64,000 nucleotides of DNA, taken from the NCBI GenBank assembly GCA_037444125.1, contig JBBINA010000002.1:6272-70271 (forward strand), written 5' to 3'. A program made the position numbers and the translations under genes. Below, one piece after another: positions 42,084 to 51,849 of the stretch; positions within the stretch are counted from its first letter, which is position 1, and each line of letters opens with the position of its first letter. This stretch comes from a bacterium. Its GTDB lineage: Bacteria; Patescibacteriota; Minisyncoccia; JBBINA01. The notes under the pieces are model-generated. The model was given only the letters and a program-made list of their open reading frames with translations. It was not told the origin of the DNA and searched no databases.

Positions 42084-43274
42084 TTAATTAGCTAATTTTA
42101 ACTTTAAATCCTCCAAGACATTCATATAACTGAGGTAAGCTTCGTAAGGTGATTCATAAGGGTTAAAATATTTATGAACATCACCATCAGCAAACCATTT
42201 AGTACACATATAGTAAAAATGATCGGATGTCTGAAGATGTCTAAACAGATGAATTAAATCAGCTTTTCTTGTTTTAAAAACCTTACCATATAAACTATAC
42301 AGCTCCCTCGCGGCATCTCGCTGCAAATCATTACCTAGCCATGCCGATAAATCCCTTTCTATATCTGCCCAAGTAACTATCTGATGGCTATTATAAGTAG
42401 AGTATGGTTTTAATTTTTTAAAAGCTTCCATAGGTGTCACAAATTCAAAACCCCTAAATATAATCTCGCTTATAAAGCACTCAAGAAAATTAAAAATACC
42501 TGTTTCTTTTTTATGATGTTCGCCAAAAGTTTCAAAATCCATCATTAAACAAATTAAATCACCTGGTGCGCTTTCCAACCAATATAAATATTTATCCACA
42601 GTCAAAGGCCATTCTGGCCAACTTCTCTCTGAAAAACGAAACGCAATATCATCAGAAAGCCTGTAATTCTTCACTAATAAATAAGTTTTGCCATCTGTAG
42701 CCTGATACAAATAATTTGGAGACCTACCATTTAAAACCCTATCCGCTCCTTCTACCAATATAGCTTTAAAACCAAGCCGTGAAACCGTATAAGCAAGGTC
42801 ATTATTAAATAAAAGCTCGGTATTGCGAAAAGTTACTGGTTCAAAATCAAAAAGTTCACGAAATAAATTTTTTTGTTGTCTTACCTGACAATTGAATTCT
42901 TTAAGATTAAATATATATGATAAAGAGTGAAAATATGTTTCGGCAATTAACTCAACATTTTTATGTTCCACCAGAAATTTTATTTTTTCAATGATAGTGG
43001 GGAAAAATAGCTGAAGCTGCTCAATCAAAACGCCGCTAATCGACAGCGCTATCTTAAACCTGTTATGAAAATAACGACTAGCTTTTAAAAAGATATCAAG
43101 GGTTGGAAGATAACTTTCAAATGCCACCCTTTTTAAGATAGATTGATTTTTTTCTACATTAAAATAGTTATTAATATCCCGCTGTCCAATATCAAAAATA
43201 GTAAATCTTCTAAGACGTTTTGGCTGATGTAGATGTAAATAAAGTAGAACTTTTTTATTTTTTGTCATAACCAA
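42084..43274 (-). CDS. GH57-family alpha-amylase-like glycoside hydrolase
   Basis: HLHQP, ETYFHSL, FRNTEL, DFETFGEH, TSDHFYYM. Confidence 0.93.
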   Translation of the reverse strand: MVMTKNKKVLLYLHLHQPKRLRRFTIFDIGQRDINNYFNVEKNQSILKRVAFESYLPTLDIFLKASRYFHNRFKIALSISGVLIEQLQLFFPTIIEKIKFLVEHKNVELIAETYFHSLSYIFNLKEFNCQVRQQKNLFRELFDFEPVTFRNTELLFNNDLAYTVSRLGFKAILVEGADRVLNGRSPNYLYQATDGKTYLLVKNYRLSDDIAFRFSERSWPEWPLTVDKYLYWLESAPGDLICLMMDFETFGEHHKKETGIFNFLECFISEIIFRGFEFVTPMEAFKKLKPYSTYNSHQIVTWADIERDLSAWLGNDLQRDAARELYSLYGKVFKTRKADLIHLFRHLQTSDHFYYMCTKWFADGDVHKYFNPYESPYEAYLSYMNVLEDLKLKLAN

Positions 43275-43292
43275 AAATTTAACCCTGCTATC

Positions 43293-44525
43293 TCAAGCAA
43301 AATTGAAAACATTTGATTCTAAAAGTGTGCTTATTTGTCTTGCAGAGCTAAGCCAACATGCTCCTAATGAATCCTTAAATACATTCATAGACATTTCACG
43401 CGATAATGGTTTATACTTCAAAAGGCCAACCACTTTATTGGAAAATTCTTTTGTATCCCAAAAATCAATCAAGAAAACATTTTTCAATATTTCTTTTACG
43501 CCGGAATTTTTGGAAAGTATAATTGGTACACCACAGGATGCCGCCTCTAAAGCCGCAATGCCAAACGGTTCAGATAAGGAAGGCATAACAAAAATATCAG
43601 CTCTACGGTACAATGAATATAGCTCATTATCCCGAAGGAAACCGGTAAAATAAATATGGCGCTGTAGCCCCAATTTACAAACCAAATTAAGCAACCTTCC
43701 CTCTTGCTCACCGGAACCAGCTATAACAAAGACAACACCCTTAACTCGCTTCAAAACATCTTCAGCTGCTCTAATCAAAAATTCAGCGCCCTTTTGAAAA
43801 GATAATCTACCCACAAACAAAACAACTCTTTTGCCGGCAAAAAATTTTATATCCAGAAGCGCATTCCTGTTCTTGGTAAAACCGTCAAAACCATTATAAA
43901 CTACATAAGTATTGGCGTCGCCGGCACCGTAATACTTTTTAAGAATATCTTTCTCATATTCGCTTACAGTTATAAGCAAATCGGAATTAGCTATCATCAT
44001 TTTTTCTATTTTATAAATAAGAGGGTCAACAAAAACAAAACCGCCAATATCATATGCCGTTGCATGAATATGCGAAATTAAGGGCTTGCCTGTTCTCTTC
44101 TTAATTAAATAAGCAGGTAAAAAAGTAAGCCAATCATGGTGGTAAATATAATCAAAATAACCAATTTTTTCCAGTAATTCTTCTATAGCGGAACAATAAA
44201 AAGATATTGTTTTAAAAACAAAGTCGTTCCTAAATTCCCAAAAACATTTATCTTTATTTTTTAAACAAAAACTGGCGCTACTAACCGGCAAATAGGCCGA
44301 TGGTTGCCCTTGAAATTCAACCAAACCTCCCGGCAATATATCTTCCAAAAAAATAAATTTAATTTCCGGAGATTCAATATCTAATTTTCTTGGTAGCACA
44401 AAAATGATCTCATAACCCAGCTCACCCAACGACTCGGCTATTCCTTTTGAAGCAGGCCCAAGACCTCCACTATTATATGGTGGCCACTCCCAACCCAACA
44501 TAAGAATTTTTTTTCTCCAACCCAC
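43293..44525 (-). CDS. GT4 glycosyltransferase (glucan synthase-like)
   Basis: LMLGWEWPPYNSGGLG, HDWLT, SEPFGIAALEA. Confidence 0.9.
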   Translation of the reverse strand: MGWRKKILMLGWEWPPYNSGGLGPASKGIAESLGELGYEIIFVLPRKLDIESPEIKFIFLEDILPGGLVEFQGQPSAYLPVSSASFCLKNKDKCFWEFRNDFVFKTISFYCSAIEELLEKIGYFDYIYHHDWLTFLPAYLIKKRTGKPLISHIHATAYDIGGFVFVDPLIYKIEKMMIANSDLLITVSEYEKDILKKYYGAGDANTYVVYNGFDGFTKNRNALLDIKFFAGKRVVLFVGRLSFQKGAEFLIRAAEDVLKRVKGVVFVIAGSGEQEGRLLNLVCKLGLQRHIYFTGFLRDNELYSLYRRADIFVMPSLSEPFGIAALEAASCGVPIILSKNSGVKEILKNVFLIDFWDTKEFSNKVVGLLKYKPLSREMSMNVFKDSLGACWLSSARQISTLLESNVFNFA

Positions 44526-44618
44526 AATAGCCTCTTTTAAAAATTTACCTACATTATAAAATATTAACTTTTTTTTGCAAGTAGCTTTCTAGCTCCAACT
44601 ACTTATAAATGGCTTAAA

Positions 44619-45743
44619 TCAAGCAATATCCACAATATTATCTCCACTTCTCACTAAATTGCTTCGCAAATTGAAAATAATTCCAATAAGAATCATATAA
44701 GATAATTGGTTTGAACCTCCATAGGACAAGAAAGGTAAGGAATTTCCACTTACCGGCAAAACACCTAATGCGCCTCCAATATTCAAAACAATCGAGGAAG
44801 CAAAAAAAAGAACAAATGATAAAATAAAAATCTTATGACTAACCGATAAACCGGTTTCAACTAAATAAGAAAGCAAAATTTTGATTATAAGAAAATAAAT
44901 TAATACTAAATATATACCTCCCACCAGCCCAAAACCTTCAATAAAAGTCGAGAAAATAAAATCGTTATAAGCATTAGGCAAAAATCCATACTTTGATTGA
45001 TTAATATTGACCAAACCTTTACCCCATAACCCACCAGAACTTATAGCTACACGTGACTGAATAATGCTGTAGCCCTTGCCTAATGGATCCTCGTAAGGAA
45101 AAAGGGGACCAACTATTCTCTCTTTCTGATAATCCTTCAAAACATAATTCCAAGAGAAAAAAGCCAAAACAATGAATGAAATAAAAAACAAAATAAGTTG
45201 AACTGGTTTTATTTTTAAATAGAGCAATAAAAAAAACCAATATAATAAAAATAAAACGGCTGAGGAAAAATCCGGCTCTAAAATAATTAATAAAATCACT
45301 GGCAATAGATACACTAACGACCCAACAATATGTATAAAACGATAGGCTTCAAAATATCTTTTGGAAAAAAACTTAGCATAAAGAAAAATAAGCGCAATTT
45401 TCATAAACTCAGACGGTTGCAAGGTAAATAAACCTGTCTCTATCCATCGCCTAGAACCTTTTATAGGCTCAAACATTAACGGATACAGCAACAATCCCAA
45501 CGAAATAAAGTACAAACCAAAAACAAAAATCTTATTATCTTTTAATTTATTAAAGTCAAATAAGCTAGCCAAACCAAACATCAATAAAATAGATGAAACA
45601 GAATAAACTATAGAACGGATGAAAATACCACGACCATCATTAATATAATCTTTAAGAACAAAAAGTATTAAAACTTGAAAAAAAAATAAGCAGAAAATTA
45701 AAAAAACCACCCGCAAATCTGCTTTTTTAAAAATGTCTAACAT
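44619..45743 (-). CDS. rodA: SEDS peptidoglycan polymerase, RodA-like
   Basis: GSRRWI, QPSEFMK, EPD, YQKERI, PFLSYGGS. Confidence 0.85.
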   Translation of the reverse strand: MLDIFKKADLRVVFLIFCLFFFQVLILFVLKDYINDGRGIFIRSIVYSVSSILLMFGLASLFDFNKLKDNKIFVFGLYFISLGLLLYPLMFEPIKGSRRWIETGLFTLQPSEFMKIALIFLYAKFFSKRYFEAYRFIHIVGSLVYLLPVILLIILEPDFSSAVLFLLYWFFLLLYLKIKPVQLILFFISFIVLAFFSWNYVLKDYQKERIVGPLFPYEDPLGKGYSIIQSRVAISSGGLWGKGLVNINQSKYGFLPNAYNDFIFSTFIEGFGLVGGIYLVLIYFLIIKILLSYLVETGLSVSHKIFILSFVLFFASSIVLNIGGALGVLPVSGNSLPFLSYGGSNQLSYMILIGIIFNLRSNLVRSGDNIVDIA

Positions 45744-45758
45744 ATGAAAAAACTATAA

Positions 45759-46184
45759 TCAGTCCTTCACTTCTATACCCATATTTTTTGCCGTAGCTGT
45801 AATAATTTTAATTGCCCGATCAAGGTCAGCAGTGTTTAAATCAGACATTTTCAATTTAGCTATTTCCTGTACCTGAGCAAAAGTTATATTACCGACTATT
45901 TCTTTTTTAGAATTTTTAGAACCAGACTCAACCTTGGCAAATTTTTTAATCAAATCTGATGTTTTCGGCGTTTTAACAATAATATCAAAAGATCTATCTT
46001 CATATATGAGTACCCTAACATTCAAAAGATAACCCTTCTTATCCTTAGTCATCTCGTTAAATCTCTTGGTAAACTCACCTATGTTAATAGCATTTTGACC
46101 TAAAATTGGTCCCAACGGATGCGCAGGAGTAGCTTCACCTCCTTTAATTTCAAGTTTCAGTATTGATTTAATTTTTTTTGCCAT
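45759..46184 (-). CDS. rplK: 50S ribosomal protein L11
   Basis: GEATPAHPLGPILGQ, YEDRSF. Confidence 0.97.
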   Translation of the reverse strand: MAKKIKSILKLEIKGGEATPAHPLGPILGQNAINIGEFTKRFNEMTKDKKGYLLNVRVLIYEDRSFDIIVKTPKTSDLIKKFAKVESGSKNSKKEIVGNITFAQVQEIAKLKMSDLNTADLDRAIKIITATAKNMGIEVKD

Positions 46185-46205
46185 TTTAACAATAAGTTAT
46201 AACAG

Positions 46206-46751
46206 CTATAATTTTTTAACTTGTAAAAAATCTAACTCCAAGGGTGTCTCTCGACCAAAAAGATTAATTAAAATCTTTACCTTTCCCTTGTTATAATCAA
46301 TATTTTCAACCTTACCTTCATAGTCTTTAAATGGACCCTCAAGTATTTTAACCGTATCGCCAATAGCAAGATCAACTTTATATGATGGGTCCTTTGTTTC
46401 CATCAAATTTTTGATAACATCAACTTGTTCCTTAGGAATAGCTAGCGGAGTTGAACCTGCACCAACAAAGCCAGTCACTCTCTGAGTATTACGAACCACA
46501 TACCACGATTCATCATCGACAACCATATCAACAAAAACATAGCCAGGATATAATTTTTCTTCAATAACTTTCCTTTTATTGCCCACAACTTTAATTTTTT
46601 TTATCTTGGGCACAATTACATTAAAAATTTTATTTTCCATATTAAGGGTCTTAATTCTAGTCTTTAAATTCCTTAAAACCGCATCCTCGTATCCTGAATA
46701 TGTATGAACAGCATACCAATTCCGACCCAAACTTAAAACTTGTTTTGGCAT
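46206..46751 (-). CDS. nusG: transcription factor NusG
   Basis: WYAVHTYSGYE, PGYVFV, KOW motif, FGRETP. Confidence 0.97.
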   Translation of the reverse strand: MPKQVLSLGRNWYAVHTYSGYEDAVLRNLKTRIKTLNMENKIFNVIVPKIKKIKVVGNKRKVIEEKLYPGYVFVDMVVDDESWYVVRNTQRVTGFVGAGSTPLAIPKEQVDVIKNLMETKDPSYKVDLAIGDTVKILEGPFKDYEGKVENIDYNKGKVKILINLFGRETPLELDFLQVKKL

Positions 46752-46770
46752 ATTACCTTTTTATTTAATT

Positions 46771-46959
46771 TTATTTAATTATAAATCTTAATAAAATTCT
46801 ATTCAAAACAAAATCAAGCAATCCTAAATAAACTGCCACTAAACCTGAAATAACAATAACAATCACCGATGACCTGGTGAGCTCTTCCCTGTTTAACCAA
46901 GTAACCTGCCTCATTTCCTCCCTAACGCCTAAAAGATAATCTTTAATTTTACCCAACAT
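46771..46959 (-). CDS. secE: preprotein translocase SecE
   Basis: EMRQVTW plus TM; upstream of nusG. Confidence 0.93.
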   Translation of the reverse strand: MLGKIKDYLLGVREEMRQVTWLNREELTRSSVIVIVISGLVAVYLGLLDFVLNRILLRFIIK

Positions 46960-47043
46960 TTAACTAATAATATAATTAAAAAACACAACTTTGTAATATA
47001 TTATACTTACAGCTACTAAAAATTGCAATAATTAAACTAAAAA

Positions 47044-48243
47044 TTATTGGAAAAACTTTATTGCTTCTTCAAGAATTTCGTCAATATTATTATCCGGGAT
47101 ATCCTTTACTTCTAAATCTGGCGTTATACCTTTGTTGTTAATAATCTCTCCCGAGGGCCGCGACCATTCAGCTATTGTGTATTTAAGAGAAGATTCATCA
47201 TGTAATCTCTCAAGGGTCTGCACTGAACCTTTGCCAAATGATTTTTGACCGATAATATATGCACCTAAATGATCCTTGAGAGCGCCAGCTAAAATCTCAG
47301 CCGCTGAAGCTGTCCCATTATTAATGAGAACTACTATTTTAACTTTTCCAAGGCTACCGGGCCCGGGCGAATATAAACTTCTCATTACTTTATCTAACCT
47401 GACTTCGCTTGTAACAACCTTATCTTTTTCCAAAAACCAACCAGCAATTTCCACACTTGCATCTAGTAAACCACCAGGATTATTACGCAAATCCAAAATT
47501 AAACCATTTAATTTGTTCTGACTTGTCAGTTCACGGCCAGCTTTTGAAAATTCACGTACTGAATTCTCGTTAAAATTAAATAACTTTAAATAGTAAATTC
47601 CTGGTTTTGGTTGAGATAAATTATATACCGGTATTTTAATCTTTCGACGAATAATATTAAATTCCTTAGCTTCCTTAAATTCATCTCTGAATATCAACAA
47701 TTTGACTCCAGTGCCTTCTCTACCCCTAATAAGACTCACGGCACTTTCCAAAGTCATATCCTGTGTTTCTTTATCATTAATCTTTAAAATCTTATCTCCA
47801 GCTTTTAAGCCAGCTACTTGCGCCGGCGTGCCTTCAAGCGGCGCCACTACAGTCAAAATGCCGTTCCTAATTCCAATCTCAATACCAATACCACTAAATT
47901 CGCCTGAAATATCATCATAAAAACGCTTCGCTAGCGAAGGCTCAAGGAATTCCGTATAAGGATCGTCTAAACTTCTCGTCATACCCTGTATGGCTCCGTA
48001 TAAAGATTTTTTAGGCTCAAGTTTCTCTGGTTTATAATAATTTTTCTTCAAGATATTATAAACTTCCCAAAACAATGACATATCAAAACCATCAACATCA
48101 ATACCATTAGTTGTGATATCAGTAACGCTTAAATCGTTACTATTCCTAGCTAATAAATCAAATTTATCCTCCACCAAAATCCCGATTGTAAATGAAAAAA
48201 TAAAAAAAACAATTAGTATTAAATTAGAAAATACTTTTTTCAT
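47044..48243 (-). CDS. S41 C-terminal processing peptidase with PDZ domain
   Basis: DPYT, GIGIEI, DLRNNPGG, TASAAE, FGKGSVQ. Confidence 0.93.
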   Translation of the reverse strand: MKKVFSNLILIVFFIFSFTIGILVEDKFDLLARNSNDLSVTDITTNGIDVDGFDMSLFWEVYNILKKNYYKPEKLEPKKSLYGAIQGMTRSLDDPYTEFLEPSLAKRFYDDISGEFSGIGIEIGIRNGILTVVAPLEGTPAQVAGLKAGDKILKINDKETQDMTLESAVSLIRGREGTGVKLLIFRDEFKEAKEFNIIRRKIKIPVYNLSQPKPGIYYLKLFNFNENSVREFSKAGRELTSQNKLNGLILDLRNNPGGLLDASVEIAGWFLEKDKVVTSEVRLDKVMRSLYSPGPGSLGKVKIVVLINNGTASAAEILAGALKDHLGAYIIGQKSFGKGSVQTLERLHDESSLKYTIAEWSRPSGEIINNKGITPDLEVKDIPDNNIDEILEEAIKFFQ

Positions 48244-49287
48244 TTATTTAAATAAAGAATTCCTCAATTTAATAAATTCATCCCTAATCGGCAACAAAAC
48301 ATATTGCCCGCCAACATTAGTTTGAATAATAGATGCTCCATCAGGCAAAAGGGTGCGTGTTTGTATCTTATCAAAATTAATTTTATCGTGCAATAAATTG
48401 TAATAAAAAATAATATTAGATAACCCAACATCGGTCTTAATATGCTTACCTATAGTCATATATAGCTGAGTTATTTTATTAATGTCATCAAAACCCAATA
48501 AACGCGCCTTATCAGCAACTGCCTTTATCACCATTACAACTCGCTGTTGCCTATCAAAATCTGAACTTGAAAATCTTGACCGAATAAATTTTAAAGCAAC
48601 CTCGCCCTCTAAATGATTGACGCCTTTTGGCAAAACAAATTTCTCGCAATTTCTGCCATAAATATCGCAATCCCACTGCTTATCTTCTATAAAATCATTT
48701 TCTAGAGTGATATCGATACCGCCAACCAAATCTACAATCTGCAAAAACATATTAAAATCTACAACAACTACATGATTAATATAGACACCCAACAACCTTG
48801 AGAAAAAGTGCCTGGAAAAAGCTAAACCTTCCTTAATGCCGCCATTAACCATACCATAGTTATAAACAGCATTAACCTTTTCCCTTTTGCCTAAACCCGG
48901 GACGTAAACAAAAAGGTCTCTGGGTATAATAGTAATATTAGAATTTCCACTCTTAAAATCATAAGAAAATAATAAAATAGTATCTGTAAGCAAACCCCCG
49001 TTATTGTCATTCTCGCCTCTTATGCCTAGAATTAATAAATTAATAGTGTCGCTATTATCAACGGGCATTTTTTTTAAAAGTATATTGTCATCGGTTAGTA
49101 TAAATTGATTGCCACTATTCTTGAACGAAAAATCGCCTTTAAATTTTTCGAAGATAATTGATTTATTTGAACTAATACTAAAAGATCGTTTATATAAATT
49201 AGCGGCACTTAAAAATAAAACAGCAAAAACAAATATTAAGATTAGTATTGCCAAAATAAAAAAATATTGTCGTATTCTAACTATCAT
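48244..49287 (-). CDS. LCP (LytR-CpsA-Psr) family protein
   Basis: NLLILG, TDTI, IPRD, RSRFSSSDFDRQQR. Confidence 0.9.
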   Translation of the reverse strand: MIVRIRQYFFILAILILIFVFAVLFLSAANLYKRSFSISSNKSIIFEKFKGDFSFKNSGNQFILTDDNILLKKMPVDNSDTINLLILGIRGENDNNGGLLTDTILLFSYDFKSGNSNITIIPRDLFVYVPGLGKREKVNAVYNYGMVNGGIKEGLAFSRHFFSRLLGVYINHVVVVDFNMFLQIVDLVGGIDITLENDFIEDKQWDCDIYGRNCEKFVLPKGVNHLEGEVALKFIRSRFSSSDFDRQQRVVMVIKAVADKARLLGFDDINKITQLYMTIGKHIKTDVGLSNIIFYYNLLHDKINFDKIQTRTLLPDGASIIQTNVGGQYVLLPIRDEFIKLRNSLFK

Positions 49288-49304
49288 TTCGCAAATAATA
49301 AGTT

Positions 49305-51842
49305 TTAATAAATTTTCTTAATTTCCGTATTAAAATAATATTTGTTTAAAATGTCTTCGGATTTAAAACTATATAAAGCCATCTCGCGAGCGCCCTGCAA
49401 TGATAAACCAACACCATGACTTATTTTCATATAATCTGTAAGGTGTTTTGTGCTTGGCAAATCTTCAACGCCTCCCCATAAAAAAGGGTATTTTTCATAT
49501 TCAGAACCTAAAACTTGTCTAGCATCCTTACTTAAACCACCAGTATCTAACGACAACCTCGCAAAAGCAATATCGCCATCATACCATATAACATAGCCAT
49601 TAGTACTATCTACTGCTTTAGCTAAATTAGGTAAAGAAACTTCATTATCATAACCTATATAAATTAAACCTTCTTCACTCCTGTTAATATCATAATATTT
49701 ACGCGCCAAACTAGAAGAATAAAACTTAAATAAGACATAACTCCGCAAAGCTATAATTGCTGCTTTTAAAAATTCATCCCGATCATCGTCACCAAATCCC
49801 GCTATTCCTTTAAGATAATCCTCGATCTTTAATTGATTAATAATCAAAAAACTGCCATTACCATATGGATTATAATCAATTAGAATTTTGCCTCGTAACT
49901 TAATATTCTGCGCCACATCCAAACTACCTCCAAAACTAACTTCCATCACCACTTCATCTGAATCCCCTTGTAAAACAATAGGCAAGTTATAACCTCTTAA
50001 TATATCACCGATTCTAAAAGTTAAAGTGTTATCTTTAGTGAAACTTTCAATCTTTTTATTTTGGCCATCAGCTAAATTAAAAAAACCATTAGCTTTCACC
50101 CTAACAACCTCTTCTAGCGCTGCCGACGAAAATTCATATGACTTTAACAAAACTTTTATCTCAGGATTTATCTTATCCCTTTTTTCAAGATTTAACAACA
50201 TTTCGCGAATTTCCCTCAAATCATTCTCGCTAAATATATTACCGCTATTTTCATAAAAATTAAGTTCGCTAACATCAACTCGTCTTATATTTTTATTGTT
50301 TAAACCTAATTTTGTCAATATAGACTGATTTTCTATTTTAATCTTTTTGCCACCTTCAATATAATAAATATTATCACTATCTGGAGTTTTAAGAAGCGAA
50401 CCATCTTGATGATAAAGTGGTTTACCTGTAGGTATATTTCTTAATTCGTCATCAGGCAAAACCAAGATTTTGGCTGAAGAAAATTTATACTGCTTAAACA
50501 CATCATAACTAACTATGTGTCTCTTTTTGCCTTTTTCTAAGTAATAAATTTTAAAGGAATCGGCGCTTTTTACAATTGTACCATCAGGCAGATAAATAGG
50601 TTCGCCTATTTTAAGAAGTTTAAAATTAGCTGGTTCTATTTCAATTAAGTTTAACCCTGCAAATCTCTTGTCTTCTTTTAAAATTATGTTGTTTGAAATA
50701 TGGCGTAAGGTACTATTTTGCGAAAAGTAAATTTTATAATCTCCTTTTTGTCTTACCAAAAAACCGTCTGGAAACGGCGCTGATTCGCCTAAAGTATATT
50801 TTGCTAGCTTGACTTCGTCAACTTCTATTTTTTTTAAATCCTTATACGGCTCCAATGACAACATTTCCGGAATAACTAGATACGCAGAATTTTCCTTAAC
50901 AAAATAATAAAAGGGTTTATGGCGAATTTTAACTATGCTATTATTGATATTCAAATCAGTCTTTACGTCAAAGAAAGATGCCAATTCTGAATCAAGCTCC
51001 AAAACAAGATTACCTATTTTTGTTTTTTCAACCAATTGACCATTTGAAAACTCATACAACTTTTTTCTAGCCACGCTTCCCTCGCCTTTTATAGAAAATA
51101 AGTAATTAGAGTATCTTTTGGCTTCCTCAAAAACTTCAACGCGAAATTTTTTTAAATCCAAACTCTCCAAATCTCTGTGCAATCTATCCAAATCACTATG
51201 TTTTAATATAGAACTTCCGCTATATCGATATCTAAAAGCGCCGCCTCCTAAACAAGAACTGGCAACCTTATCATCCTGCCACAACATCTGGCTAGTGACC
51301 GATGACATATTATTAGCATAAATAAGGAAACCAACTAGTTTTTTTAACGCTTCATATTGAGAAGCAGGAATAGCCTCCTTCTCATAATTACCTATTAAAG
51401 CAATACTGATTGAGCCATAATCATAATTAACACACTTTTCCTTATCGTAAGCATCGGCTCCGATTATTCCATTTTGACCATCTCTTCCGCGGTAAATATT
51501 GCCTAAACGATCAATAATAAAATGATAACCTATATCATCGTATTTCTTAACATAGCGGTGAAAAAGATAAGTATTATAAATAATAGAAGCGGCATTAACT
51601 GTACCGCTATTGCAATTTGGATTTCTCTGGCCGTCATCTAGCAACACCTCACATTCTAAATCATGCAGTATAATAAGTTCTGGTTTTTTATAGACTGTAG
51701 TGGTAGCTAAAGGAGACGCTACGCCCTTAAACCAAACTGAGCGACTTAAAACCTTTGGCAACACACCATCTTGCCCATAGGCTAAAAGAGGCGCACCACC
51801 AAAAAATAATAATAATAGAGACAAAAAAATCTTAAACCGCAT
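49305..51842 (-). CDS. amidase_2-like domain + internal repeats + SpoIID/LytB-like domain
   Basis: DIGYHFIIDRLGNIYRGR; repeated (P)DG-LV/LK...IYY units; EDYLKG...LKA...RSY and HGVGLSLQGA. Confidence 0.78.
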   Translation of the reverse strand: MRFKIFLSLLLLFFGGAPLLAYGQDGVLPKVLSRSVWFKGVASPLATTTVYKKPELIILHDLECEVLLDDGQRNPNCNSGTVNAASIIYNTYLFHRYVKKYDDIGYHFIIDRLGNIYRGRDGQNGIIGADAYDKEKCVNYDYGSISIALIGNYEKEAIPASQYEALKKLVGFLIYANNMSSVTSQMLWQDDKVASSCLGGGAFRYRYSGSSILKHSDLDRLHRDLESLDLKKFRVEVFEEAKRYSNYLFSIKGEGSVARKKLYEFSNGQLVEKTKIGNLVLELDSELASFFDVKTDLNINNSIVKIRHKPFYYFVKENSAYLVIPEMLSLEPYKDLKKIEVDEVKLAKYTLGESAPFPDGFLVRQKGDYKIYFSQNSTLRHISNNIILKEDKRFAGLNLIEIEPANFKLLKIGEPIYLPDGTIVKSADSFKIYYLEKGKKRHIVSYDVFKQYKFSSAKILVLPDDELRNIPTGKPLYHQDGSLLKTPDSDNIYYIEGGKKIKIENQSILTKLGLNNKNIRRVDVSELNFYENSGNIFSENDLREIREMLLNLEKRDKINPEIKVLLKSYEFSSAALEEVVRVKANGFFNLADGQNKKIESFTKDNTLTFRIGDILRGYNLPIVLQGDSDEVVMEVSFGGSLDVAQNIKLRGKILIDYNPYGNGSFLIINQLKIEDYLKGIAGFGDDDRDEFLKAAIIALRSYVLFKFYSSSLARKYYDINRSEEGLIYIGYDNEVSLPNLAKAVDSTNGYVIWYDGDIAFARLSLDTGGLSKDARQVLGSEYEKYPFLWGGVEDLPSTKHLTDYMKISHGVGLSLQGAREMALYSFKSEDILNKYYFNTEIKKIY

Positions 51843-51849
51843 AGTAACT

